DNA of 64,000 nt, from contig CAJWRW010000001.1 in NCBI GenBank assembly GCA_913046315.1, positions 14,456 to 78,455 on the forward strand, read 5' to 3'. The stretch's first letter is position 1. Each line of letters starts with the position of its first letter. The position numbers were made by a program, and so were the translations under genes. This DNA is from an uncultured Flavobacteriales bacterium. GTDB taxonomy: Bacteria; Bacteroidota; Bacteroidia; Flavobacteriales; BACL11. The notes under the pieces were generated by a model. It worked only from the letters and a program-made list of their open reading frames with translations, searched no databases and was not told where the DNA came from. Shown here piece by piece: positions 45,926 through 54,457 of this stretch.

Positions 45926-47002
45926 ATGATAAGTGAGCAACAGATTTTGGAACTAACAGGCAGAAAAGATGACCTTCATAGGTTTTTGCAAATTCAAAAT
46001 AAAGAAGATAAACTGAAACGGCTCGAAGAAGAATCCAATCAAAATGGCTTTTGGGACAATCCGAAAGAAGCCCAGAAACTATTAAAAAGAATCAGCATCC
46101 TGAAAAGCTGGATAAAATCGTATTGTTTAGTAGAAAACAATATTGAGGAGTTGAAAGTACTAATAGAACTTGAAGCTTCAGAAGAAGAAATTGAAACCCA
46201 GCTTAAAAAAACAAAACTATCACTTGAAGATTTAGAGTTTAAAAATATGCTGAGCGCTCCTGAAGATGAGATGCCAGCTATCCTAACAATAAACCCTGGT
46301 GCAGGAGGAACTGAAAGTCAAGATTGGGCAGAAATGATAATGCGTATGTATTTGTTGTGGGGGGAGAAAAATGGCTATAAAGTAAAGGAATTAGACCTGC
46401 AAAAAGCAGAGCCAGCAGGTATTAAATCAGTGACATTGGAATTTGATGGTGATTTTGCTTTTGGGCACTTAAAAGGTGAAAATGGAGTGCACAGATTGGT
46501 AAGAATCTCTCCTTTTGATTCCAATGCTAAGCGACATACTTCTTTTGCTTCAGTATTTGTTTATCCCTTAGCTGATGATAGTATTGATATTGTCATTGAC
46601 CCTTCAACTATCAGTTGGGACACATACCGTTCAAGTGGTGCAGGAGGGCAAGGCGTTAACAAGATTGAATCGGCAGTACGATTAAAACATGAGCCATCTG
46701 GAATAGTAATTGAAAATTCAGAAACACGCTCGCAATTGGAGAATAAAGAGAAGGCATTAAAACTCTTAAAATCGCAACTCTATGAGATGGAACTTAGAAA
46801 AATACAAGAAGGAAAAGACAAATTGGAAGGTAGTAAAAAGAAAATAGAATGGGGATCGCAAATCAGGAATTATGTTTTGCATCCTTATAAATTGGTAAAA
46901 GATTTAAGAACAAATTATGAAACCACAAATCCAGATGCAGTATTGGATGGCGATTTGAACGCTTTTATAAAATCCTATCTTATGGAATTTGGACAGCAAT
47001 AA
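45926..47002 (+). CDS. prfB: peptide chain release factor 2
   Basis: SPF motif (RISPFDS) and GGQ motif (SGAGGQGVNK). Colinear with E. coli RF2 from residue 1. It is a single uninterrupted ORF, with no CTT TGA frameshift site. Confidence 0.95.
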   Translation: MISEQQILELTGRKDDLHRFLQIQNKEDKLKRLEEESNQNGFWDNPKEAQKLLKRISILKSWIKSYCLVENNIEELKVLIELEASEEEIETQLKKTKLSLEDLEFKNMLSAPEDEMPAILTINPGAGGTESQDWAEMIMRMYLLWGEKNGYKVKELDLQKAEPAGIKSVTLEFDGDFAFGHLKGENGVHRLVRISPFDSNAKRHTSFASVFVYPLADDSIDIVIDPSTISWDTYRSSGAGGQGVNKIESAVRLKHEPSGIVIENSETRSQLENKEKALKLLKSQLYEMELRKIQEGKDKLEGSKKKIEWGSQIRNYVLHPYKLVKDLRTNYETTNPDAVLDGDLNAFIKSYLMEFGQQ

Positions 47003-47005
47003 ATT

Positions 47006-47347
47006 ATGAAGATATATCACAATTACAGATGTCGTAAAAGTAGACAAACCCTTGCGTTAATTCAAGAAAACGGAATAACCCCTGAGATTATTGAATACTT
47101 GAATTCACCTATCTCAACTCTTGAGTTAGCATCACTATTAGAAATGTTGAATATAAAACCAATTCAGCTGGTAAGAAAAGCAGAACAGATATGGAAAGAA
47201 AATTTTAAAGGAAAAGATTTAAGTGATGATGAGATTGTGAATGCTATGGTTGAATATCCTAAACTTATTGAAAGGCCAATTGTTGTAGAAAAGGGGAAAG
47301 CAATTATTGGAAGACCTCCTGAAAATGTGTTAACTCTTTTTGATTAA
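47006..47347 (+). CDS. ArsC/Spx/YffB-family thioredoxin-fold protein
   Basis: MKIYHNYRCRKSRQTL N-terminal Cys motif and LIERPIV; 113 aa. Confidence 0.85.
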   Translation: MKIYHNYRCRKSRQTLALIQENGITPEIIEYLNSPISTLELASLLEMLNIKPIQLVRKAEQIWKENFKGKDLSDDEIVNAMVEYPKLIERPIVVEKGKAIIGRPPENVLTLFD

Positions 47348-47487
47348 GATGGAATCTGATCGTTTTCTAATTTACCCTCTTTTGCCCAAACAAATATCAT
47401 ATACGGGATAACAGAAGCTAGAAAAATAATAGACCAAAAAGCCATTAAAAAAACAAATAAAAATATTAGGAATCCTAGAAATTTCAT
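47344..47487 (-). CDS. possible 47-aa small membrane protein
   Basis: Reverse strand ATG..TAA = MKFLGFLIFLFVFLMAFWSIIFLASVIPYMIFVWAKEGKLENDQIPS. It fills an otherwise empty 199-nt gap. Two hydrophobic stretches. No promoter box found. Confidence 0.25.
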   Translation of the reverse strand: MKFLGFLIFLFVFLMAFWSIIFLASVIPYMIFVWAKEGKLENDQIPS

Positions 47488-47546
47488 AATCATTAACTTT
47501 GCTGCAAAGAAACAACAAGAATTAATAATAACAAAATATTTTGATT

Positions 47547-48941
47547 ATGAAATATAGAGTAGAAAAAGATACTATGGGAGAAGTAAAAGTTCCTGCTGAA
47601 AAATATTGGGGAGCTCAAACCCAAAGAAGCATCAACAACTTCAAAATAGGGGAGGAGGCAAGCATGCCTTTAGCAATCATTTATGGTTTTGCTTATCTTA
47701 AAAAAGCAGCTGCTCATACCAATTGTGAATTAGGTGTGCTTACTGAAGAAAAGCGCGACTTAATTGCTAAAGTTTGTGATGAAATTCTAGAAGGAAAACA
47801 TAATGAGCAGTTCCCACTTGTTATTTGGCAAACCGGAAGTGGCACACAAAGCAATATGAATTGTAATGAAGTGATTGCTAACCGTGCTCATCTGCTTAAT
47901 GGCGGCTCTTTAGAAGATGCTGAAAAAATTATTCATCCGAATGATGATGTAAATAAATCGCAAAGCTCTAATGATACCTTTCCAACAGGCATGCATATTG
48001 CTGCTTATAAAATGATTGTTGAAACCACAATTCCTGCTATAGAACAGTTAAGAGATACACTGCATAAGAAGTCAGAAGAAGTTATGAAAGTGGTAAAAAT
48101 TGGAAGGACACATTTAATGGATGCTACACCATTAACTTTAGGACAAGAGTTTTCTGGCTATGTTTCTCAGCTAGATCATGGGCTAACAGCATTAAAGAAT
48201 ACTTTATCACATCTTTCAGAATTAGCATTAGGAGGTACAGCAGTAGGTACGGGTATAAATACTCCAGATGGATATGCAAAACTTGTAGCAAAATATATTG
48301 CAGATTTTAGTGGTTTTCCTTTTGTCTCTGCACAAAATAAATTTGAAGCTCTAGCAGCTCAAGATGCCATTGTAGAATCTCATGGCGCATTAAAACAATT
48401 GGCTGTTTCCTTAAATAAAATTGCAAATGATATTCGTCTTCTTGCCTCAGGTCCTAGAAGTGGTATTGGAGAAATAATCATACCTTCCAATGAGCCAGGC
48501 TCTTCTATTATGCCAGGAAAAGTTAACCCTACTCAATGTGAAGCATTAACTATGGTTTGTGCTCAAGTTATTGGGAATGATACTACTATTGCTGTTGGAG
48601 GTATGCAAGGGCAATGCGAGCTGAATGTTTTTAAACCAGTTATGGCTGCCAACTTCCTACAATCTGCCCGCTTGCTTGCTGACGCCTGTATTTCTTTTGA
48701 AAGAAATTGTGTATCTGGAATTTTACCAAATTATGATAATTTAAAAAAGAATTTAGATAATTCACTTATGCTCGTCACAGCCTTAAACACAAAAATTGGC
48801 TATGAAAAAGCAGCAAAGATTGCCAAAAATGCTCATGAAAATGGCACGAATTTAAAAGAGGAAGCTATTAATTTAGGATTTCTTACAGCAGAAGAATTTG
48901 ATGCTTGGGTAAAGCCTGAGGATATGTGTGGAGGGCTTTAG
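47547..48941 (+). CDS. fumC: class II fumarate hydratase
   Basis: Signature [15 protein letters not shown] plus [10 protein letters not shown] and [11 protein letters not shown] chose the ATG at 47547; the ORF-track TTG is at 47541. Confidence 0.96.
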   Translation: MKYRVEKDTMGEVKVPAEKYWGAQTQRSINNFKIGEEASMPLAIIYGFAYLKKAAAHTNCELGVLTEEKRDLIAKVCDEILEGKHNEQFPLVIWQTGSGTQSNMNCNEVIANRAHLLNGGSLEDAEKIIHPNDDVNKSQSSNDTFPTGMHIAAYKMIVETTIPAIEQLRDTLHKKSEEVMKVVKIGRTHLMDATPLTLGQEFSGYVSQLDHGLTALKNTLSHLSELALGGTAVGTGINTPDGYAKLVAKYIADFSGFPFVSAQNKFEALAAQDAIVESHGALKQLAVSLNKIANDIRLLASGPRSGIGEIIIPSNEPGSSIMPGKVNPTQCEALTMVCAQVIGNDTTIAVGGMQGQCELNVFKPVMAANFLQSARLLADACISFERNCVSGILPNYDNLKKNLDNSLMLVTALNTKIGYEKAAKIAKNAHENGTNLKEEAINLGFLTAEEFDAWVKPEDMCGGL

Positions 48942-48946
48942 AATTC

Positions 48947-50020
48947 TTAGCGTTTCTTCTTTTCTACATCAGCTACAAACTGTTTGATTTTTTGCTCATC
49001 TTCTTTTTTGCAAATCAGCAAGGTGTTATTGTCTTCAACTACAATATAGCCATTTAATGCTTGCAACACCACTACTTTATCATCAGTAAATTTTATGATA
49101 TTGTCAGCACTGTCGTACAGCAAAACATTTTTTCCTTGTACTGTATTTCTATTATTGTCCAACTCCTGATGTGTATAAAGTGATCCCCAAGTACCTAAAT
49201 CGCTCCAACCAAAATCAGCAGGCAACACATATACATTTTCAGAGTTCTCCATTATGCCATAATCAATTGATATGTTTTTGCATCTAGGAAATGCACTATC
49301 GATATAACTACTTTCTTTTTTTGTGTTAAAAGAATGCTTTCCTTCCTCAAATATATCATGTATGTCTGGCAAATGTTTCTTGAATGACTTTATTATTTTT
49401 TCTGCATTCCAAATAAAAATTCCAGAGTTCCACAAAAAATCTCCACTATCTAAAAATTGCAAGGCTAATTCCTGATCAGGTTTTTCAGTAAAGGTTTTTA
49501 CTTTCTTTATATGAGGATTGCTTTCAAGTGGCGCCTCATCAAACTGAATATAGCCATAGCCCGTATCAGGGCGGTTTGGTAATATTCCAATGGTCAGTAA
49601 AATATCATTTGCGGCAGTTGCACTCACCCCTTCTTTTACAACTCTAATAAACTCTTGCTCATTTGTTATCAAATGATCAGATGGTGCTACAATTAGATTG
49701 GCGTCCGGATTTTGACTGTAAATTTTAAATGCAGCATAAGCAATGCAAGGAGCAGTATTTCGCATACAAGGCTCAGTCAATATGTTTTCTGACTTCATTT
49801 CTGGAAGTTGTTCCGAGCATAAACTTTTATAATCTTTGTTAGTTACAACAAATATATTTTCTATTGGGCTAACTTTACTTAGTCTTCTAAATGTTTGTTG
49901 TATGAGTGACTCTCCTGTGCCTAATATGTCAATAAATTGCTTAGGTCTTGACGCTTTACTCATTGGCCAAAATCTTGAGCCAACTCCCCCTGCCATTATT
50001 ACTGCATAGTTGTTTTTCAT
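48947..50020 (-). CDS. manC: mannose-1-phosphate guanylyltransferase
   Basis: N-terminal AVIMAGGVGSRFWPMS nucleotidyltransferase motif; 357 aa; left-handed-helix-like C-terminus. Confidence 0.88.
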   Translation of the reverse strand: MKNNYAVIMAGGVGSRFWPMSKASRPKQFIDILGTGESLIQQTFRRLSKVSPIENIFVVTNKDYKSLCSEQLPEMKSENILTEPCMRNTAPCIAYAAFKIYSQNPDANLIVAPSDHLITNEQEFIRVVKEGVSATAANDILLTIGILPNRPDTGYGYIQFDEAPLESNPHIKKVKTFTEKPDQELALQFLDSGDFLWNSGIFIWNAEKIIKSFKKHLPDIHDIFEEGKHSFNTKKESSYIDSAFPRCKNISIDYGIMENSENVYVLPADFGWSDLGTWGSLYTHQELDNNRNTVQGKNVLLYDSADNIIKFTDDKVVVLQALNGYIVVEDNNTLLICKKEDEQKIKQFVADVEKKKR

Positions 50021-50073
50021 TTCATGTCTAATGTATTGCTAATATAAATATTTTAATACTCACATATGTTTTG

Positions 50074-50081
50074 CAAAGATA
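50074..50081 (-). promoter_or_regulatory. candidate -7 box (TATCTTTG on minus strand) for manC
   Basis: Plus strand CAAAGATA is the reverse complement of TAnnTTTG. It lies 53 nt upstream of the ATG at 50020. Confidence 0.3.
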
Positions 50082-50103
50082 TAAGATTAATTTCGTTATA
50101 ATA

Positions 50104-50682
50104 TTATAGATTCACAATTGCCATAGGATTGAATAAATAAATCTCTTTAGTTACTAAATCTTGGCATTTATATCTTTTTTTTATTTTACCTAATTTAATA
50201 AATGATTTTCCATTCTGCCCAATAAATACTGTCCTATCAGCAATGTCAGCTATGGTAGTTTTTGGATTTTTATCATATTTACTAAGAGCTTTCGCTAATG
50301 TTATATCTGTTAGTGATGATGCTTTTGGGTTGAGCAAATGTTTGCTTAATGCTTTTAAAATATCGTTAGGAAAAATCTTAGGATTAAGAAAATTAAGCAT
50401 CATATGCTTAAATGTTTTCTTCCATTCTTTACCATGGGGCTTTACTTTATGTTTATGTTTTTTCCAAACAAATGAATGTGCTAATTCGTGAGTGACTGTA
50501 ATAAGAAAAGCGTATTTATTTAAATCATTATTTACACTTATTTGATGTTCTCCATTTCTCAAAATTTTAAAATCTCCTAATTTTGTTTTTCTCTGTTTAG
50601 TTATATTTACTTCAACTCTTAATTCTTTAATCCATTTGTTAATCTGAAGTACACTTTCTTTTGGAATATATTTTTTTAGCAT
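50104..50682 (-). CDS. SprT-like zinc-metalloprotease-domain protein
   Basis: HELAH (HExxH) motif within ITVTHELAHSFVW, followed by PHGKEWK, as in the SprT-like family; 192 aa. Confidence 0.7.
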   Translation of the reverse strand: MLKKYIPKESVLQINKWIKELRVEVNITKQRKTKLGDFKILRNGEHQISVNNDLNKYAFLITVTHELAHSFVWKKHKHKVKPHGKEWKKTFKHMMLNFLNPKIFPNDILKALSKHLLNPKASSLTDITLAKALSKYDKNPKTTIADIADRTVFIGQNGKSFIKLGKIKKRYKCQDLVTKEIYLFNPMAIVNL

Positions 50683-50833
50683 TTTTATGTAATCTGATTT
50701 TTTAATCCTAAAAAAATATGGAAATAAGTCATTTATACTAGCGTATTGAATCTTTTTTGTGAGGCTCCTTTTTTATATTACTTAAATAATTCTATAAACG
50801 GTATCCATTTACCTGTTATATATTTTATTAAAG

Positions 50834-51940
50834 TCATATGCCTAGTGCTAAAGCAATATACCCTACAAATAAAGCAATTGCTAATCCTGCTACAGAAATA
50901 ATAAATCCATCTTTTTTATTTTTTGCAAGTAACGGAAAAATTCCATCTCCACTTGTTGATATAGCTGCTGAAATTAATGCCGCCATAGGGAAATTAGGGA
51001 TTGTGATAAAAGATACAGCAACCGCAATCATTCCACCACAACCTGGTATTACTCCTATTAGAGCAGCTAACAATACAACAATATATTTTGATGATGTCAT
51101 CCACCCATCAAATGTCTCTGCGCCCACCATTACATCAATGATATAGTTGGTAGTAAATAATCCAATAAAAACATATGTAACAACCAGTGCAACATCTAAG
51201 ATTGCATGAAGCATTGTTGATTTGATATTGTTCATGTCACTGTAGCAGTCATGATTTTTATAAGTAAATCTACTTATACAGTAATAAATTATACAGGTAG
51301 CTGAAAGCGCTATTGAAATCCAATAAGTTAAACTTGAAATTGCATCAATATCTTGACCCCATAAGGCTATAATTGATCCTGGAGCTAAAAATATAGCCAT
51401 TGAAATTATAGCATAAAAACCTACATTTTGAATAAAGATGTCTGATAAAGTATTTTTATCAGGTTGATTTTTATTATTTTCTTCAAACATTTCATGAGTG
51501 CTTTCAGGTTTTGCTCGAAAACCAAAAAAATCAGATAAATAGCCAAAAATTATTCCTGCTATTAATCCACATATAGTAATTGTTGCATACGCTTGTAAGT
51601 TACCTACAACATCAGCTTCATTAGATGCGCCTAATAAAACAAATGACCCTTCACCTAAGGTGCTAATAAAAGTAGCAAATAGCCCCCCAAAGGATATTTT
51701 GTTACTTTGGTATAATGATGCAACTACAATTGTTGCGCCACATCCAGGTATTACGCCCAATAAAGAGCCAATAATAGGGTGGGTCCACTTAGGCCCAATC
51801 TGGTTTGCTGCTTTTTTAAGTCTTTTTTTAGTACCAAAACTAATTAGGGCGAAACCAATGATTGATAGAGAGACATAACCTCCAATTTTTCCTGTTGCTT
51901 CAAAATTCTCTATAATAAATGACCAAAAATTAAATTCCAT
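50834..51940 (-). CDS. two-repeat polytopic membrane protein with paired IPGCG motifs (possibly the ArsP_2 / putative 10-TM heavy-metal exporter family)
   Basis: Internal duplication visible: LLGVIPGCGATIVVA...FISTLGEGSFVLLG versus LIGVIPGCGGMIAVA...AISTSGDGIFPLLA. About 10 TM segments. I chose the ATG at 51940; the ORF-track TTG is at 51949. The family name is from memory. Confidence 0.65.
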   Translation of the reverse strand: MEFNFWSFIIENFEATGKIGGYVSLSIIGFALISFGTKKRLKKAANQIGPKWTHPIIGSLLGVIPGCGATIVVASLYQSNKISFGGLFATFISTLGEGSFVLLGASNEADVVGNLQAYATITICGLIAGIIFGYLSDFFGFRAKPESTHEMFEENNKNQPDKNTLSDIFIQNVGFYAIISMAIFLAPGSIIALWGQDIDAISSLTYWISIALSATCIIYYCISRFTYKNHDCYSDMNNIKSTMLHAILDVALVVTYVFIGLFTTNYIIDVMVGAETFDGWMTSSKYIVVLLAALIGVIPGCGGMIAVAVSFITIPNFPMAALISAAISTSGDGIFPLLAKNKKDGFIISVAGLAIALFVGYIALALGI

Positions 51941-52004
51941 TTTATACAAATGATATAGTTAGCGTTCTTTATACATTACTTTGTTCATTAAATTAAGTAG
52001 TCTG

Positions 52005-52012
52005 CAAATTTA
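52005..52012 (-). promoter_or_regulatory. candidate -7 box (TAAATTTG on minus strand) for the PGCG membrane protein gene
   Basis: Plus strand CAAATTTA is the reverse complement of TAnnTTTG. It lies 64 nt upstream of the ATG at 51940. Confidence 0.3.
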
Positions 52013-52051
52013 GTTATTTAGAATCAATCTAAAATATTAATTCAAAGAAAT

Positions 52052-52183
52052 TTAAATGTTATTTTTGTGCAGCTTTTCTGCTGAAAAATTAGGGCAATCG
52101 CACACACTGTTTTTGCTTAAAAAACAAGAAGTAAAAAAAGCAGAGAGTAAGAATAATAGTAATATAAATCTTAATTTTTTCAT
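52052..52183 (-). CDS. possible 43-aa micro-lipoprotein with a CxC motif
   Basis: Reverse strand = MKKLRFILLLFLLSAFFTSCFLSKNSVCDCPNFSAEKLHKNNI. It has a canonical basic N-terminus, a hydrophobic core and a lipobox (FFTSC). A -7 box lies 11 nt upstream. Absent from the ORF track because it is under 60 aa. Confidence 0.4.
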   Translation of the reverse strand: MKKLRFILLLFLLSAFFTSCFLSKNSVCDCPNFSAEKLHKNNI

Positions 52184-52194
52184 AATTGAATGCT

Positions 52195-52202
52195 CAAAAA
52201 TA
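52195..52202 (-). promoter_or_regulatory. candidate -7 box (TATTTTTG on minus strand) for the micro-lipoprotein ORF
   Basis: Plus strand CAAAAATA is the reverse complement of TAnnTTTG. It lies 11 nt upstream of the ATG at 52183. Confidence 0.3.
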
Positions 52203-52260
52203 AATAAAAGTGCTAGTAGTTTGTCTTATTATTTCATAAATTATTTTACTTTTATCTTCA

Positions 52261-53001
52261 ATGTATAGAATTCTAAAAAATATAGGAGAGTATTTTCTGA
52301 TGATGCGGAGGGTATTTAGTTTACCTGAGAAGAAAGGGGTATTTTTAAGACAAACAGTATTAGAAATTGAAAAAATCGGGCTAAAATCTCTAGGGATAGT
52401 AATTATTATATCGCTTTTTGTAGGCGCTGTTGTTACCATTCAAACGGCATTCAATATTATGAATCCTTTATTACCAAAGTATTTGATAGGTTTGGCAACT
52501 CGAGATTCTTTAATCTTAGAATTTTCACCAACAATGCTATGTCTTATTTTAGCAGGAAAGGTAGGTTCAAATGTGGCATCAGAAATTGGAAGTATGCGTG
52601 TTACAGAGCAAATAGATGCTCTTGAGATAATGGGTGTAAATTCGGCTAATTTTTTAATTCTACCAAAAATTATTGCAGCCATTTTTTTCTTTCCTTTTTT
52701 GGTTATCATTAGCATGAGTATAGGTATGTTTGGCGGTTGGCTTGGAAGTATCTCAGTAGATGTTACAACAGCTGATTTTCTCTATGGATTAAAATACCAG
52801 TTTAATCCTTTCTATGTTACTTATGCGCTTACAAAAACAATAGTTTTTGCATTTATCATTACCTCTGTTTCTTCTTTTTATGGCTACACTACCAAGGGAG
52901 GCGCTTTGGAAGTAGGTGTTTCTAGTACTAGAGCAGTAGTATATAGCAGTATTGTTGTGCTTATTTTTAATTTTATTCTTACTCAACTTTTATTGGCATG
53001 A
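52261..53001 (+). CDS. mlaE: MlaE-family ABC transporter permease (lipid asymmetry / organic solvent resistance type)
   Basis: SEIGSMRVTEQIDALEIMGVN signature of MlaE/TTG2B permeases; 5-6 TM segments. Confidence 0.88.
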   Translation: MYRILKNIGEYFLMMRRVFSLPEKKGVFLRQTVLEIEKIGLKSLGIVIIISLFVGAVVTIQTAFNIMNPLLPKYLIGLATRDSLILEFSPTMLCLILAGKVGSNVASEIGSMRVTEQIDALEIMGVNSANFLILPKIIAAIFFFPFLVIISMSIGMFGGWLGSISVDVTTADFLYGLKYQFNPFYVTYALTKTIVFAFIITSVSSFYGYTTKGGALEVGVSSTRAVVYSSIVVLIFNFILTQLLLA

Positions 53002-53750
53002 TATCAGTGAAAAATATAAACAAACATTTTGGCGATAATCATGTGCTTAAAGATGTGTCGTTTGAGTTCGAGTCTGGAAAAACGAATCTGATAATTGGTG
53101 AGAGTGGATCTGGCAAAACAACACTTTTGAAAGTAATGATTGGGCTACATGAATCCAATAGTGGAGAGGTAGATTATGATGACAGGAATTTTACTGGCAT
53201 GAATTTTAATCAAAGAAAAATGCTCAGAAAAGAGATTGGTATGTTATTCCAAGGGGGGGCACTTTTTGATTATATGAATGTTGAAGAAAACATTATATTT
53301 CCCTTAAAAATGTTTGCCGAGCAGTCAGAAGAAGAGAATCTTGAAAGAGCAAATTTTTGCCTAAAAAGGGTGAACTTGGAAAATACAAACCTTTTATTAC
53401 CATCAGAGCTTAGTGGAGGAATGAAGAAAAGAGTCGCTATCGCTAGGGCTATTGCTATGAATCCTAAATATTTACTTTGTGACGAGCCTAATTCTGGCCT
53501 TGACCCTAAAACAGCCATACTAATAGACAATCTGATTCAGGAGATTACCCAAGAATACAACATTACTACTATTGTCAATTCACATGATATGAACTCGGTA
53601 ATGGAGATAGGTGATAAGATTGCTTTTATATACCAAGGAGAAGTCTGGTGGACAGGCAATAAAGATGAATTAATTAGAAGCGAAAATCAAGAACTGAAGG
53701 ATTTTGTATTCGCTTCTAAGCTTTTCAAAAGGCTAAGGCAAACCTCTTAA
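52998..53750 (+). CDS. mlaF: MlaF-type ABC transporter ATP-binding protein
   Basis: Walker A GESGSGKTT, signature LSGGMKKRVAIARA and Walker B LLCDEP. ATGA overlap with mlaE. Confidence 0.9.
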   Translation: MISVKNINKHFGDNHVLKDVSFEFESGKTNLIIGESGSGKTTLLKVMIGLHESNSGEVDYDDRNFTGMNFNQRKMLRKEIGMLFQGGALFDYMNVEENIIFPLKMFAEQSEEENLERANFCLKRVNLENTNLLLPSELSGGMKKRVAIARAIAMNPKYLLCDEPNSGLDPKTAILIDNLIQEITQEYNITTIVNSHDMNSVMEIGDKIAFIYQGEVWWTGNKDELIRSENQELKDFVFASKLFKRLRQTS

Positions 53751-53753
53751 ACT

Positions 53754-54392
53754 TTATTGCAAAAAAGGATTGTGCTCCTTTTCAAAGCCAAGTACTGTAT
53801 TTGGTCCATGCCCACAATAAATTTGTGTTGAATCTGGTAGCGGTAATAATTTTTGAGTTATGCTTCCTATAAGGGTGTCATAATTACCTAAAGGCAAGTC
53901 TGTTCTTCCAATACTCATTTGAAAGATTATATCTCCACTAATAATAAAGTTGTGTTTATTGCTGTAAAAACAAATATGTCCAGGCGCATGTCCAGGAGTA
54001 AATAAAATGCTTAGTTCACTTTTCCCAAAAGAAAAACTAGTTCCATCTTCTAAAAAATGTTTTGGATAAGGCGATCCACTATATTTTTCTAAGCCATACA
54101 TTTTGCTTACTTCTACTGAATTTTCCAAAAGTGGTAAATCAGCTTTGTGCATATGCAACTCTACATCCCATTTGTCAGCTACAAACCGATTACCTAATAT
54201 ATGATCGATATGACAATGGGTGTTCATTAGGGATACTGGGTTTAAGTCATTTTCAGCAATGAAATTAGCTAATTCCTCTTCTTCTGTTTTTTCATAACAG
54301 CCAGGATCAATAATCACACACTGTTTACTTTCATCATAAATGACATAAGTGTTTTCCTGAAAAGGATTAAATGTTAATTTTTTAATTTTCAT
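53754..54392 (-). CDS. MBL-fold metallo-hydrolase (glyoxalase II-like)
   Basis: HCHIDH (HxHxDH) motif, downstream TPGHAPGH and GHG; 212 aa. Confidence 0.85.
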   Translation of the reverse strand: MKIKKLTFNPFQENTYVIYDESKQCVIIDPGCYEKTEEEELANFIAENDLNPVSLMNTHCHIDHILGNRFVADKWDVELHMHKADLPLLENSVEVSKMYGLEKYSGSPYPKHFLEDGTSFSFGKSELSILFTPGHAPGHICFYSNKHNFIISGDIIFQMSIGRTDLPLGNYDTLIGSITQKLLPLPDSTQIYCGHGPNTVLGFEKEHNPFLQ

Positions 54393-54396
54393 TTTT

Positions 54397-54410
54397 TAAT
54401 AAGCTTATTA
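54397..54410. repeat. perfect 14-bp palindrome TAATAAGCTTATTA in a divergent promoter region
   Basis: Read directly. It lies between the -7 box (54411-54418) and the ATG (54392) of the MBL gene. ATAAGCTT recurs at 54416-54423. Confidence 0.5.
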
Positions 54411-54418
54411 CAAATATA
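54411..54418 (-). promoter_or_regulatory. candidate -7 box (TATATTTG on minus strand) for the MBL hydrolase gene
   Basis: Plus strand CAAATATA is the reverse complement of TAnnTTTG. It lies 18 nt upstream of the ATG at 54392. Confidence 0.35.
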
Positions 54419-54457
54419 AGCTTTCTTTTAATTACTATCTTTACCTACCAATAGTCA

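Noticed and set aside
45926-46010. The programmed +1 ribosomal frameshift site (CTT TGA C after about 25 codons) expected in many bacterial prfB genes.
   Set aside because: The RF2 ORF is continuous from its ATG at 45926. The region aligned to the E. coli shift site reads ctt cat agg ttt ttg caa (LHRFLQ), with no in-frame stop and no upstream out-of-frame ORF. This prfB is simply of the non-frameshifted type.
52056-52268. 70-aa plus-strand ORF in the 311-bp gap upstream of mlaE.
   Set aside because: Its translation (MLFLCSFSAEKLGQSHTLFLLKKQEVKKAESKNNSNINLNFFII...) is low-complexity Asn/Lys/Phe-rich, with no signal, motif or promoter box. It would run into the mlaE start. The opposite-strand 43-aa lipoprotein ORF explains the region better.
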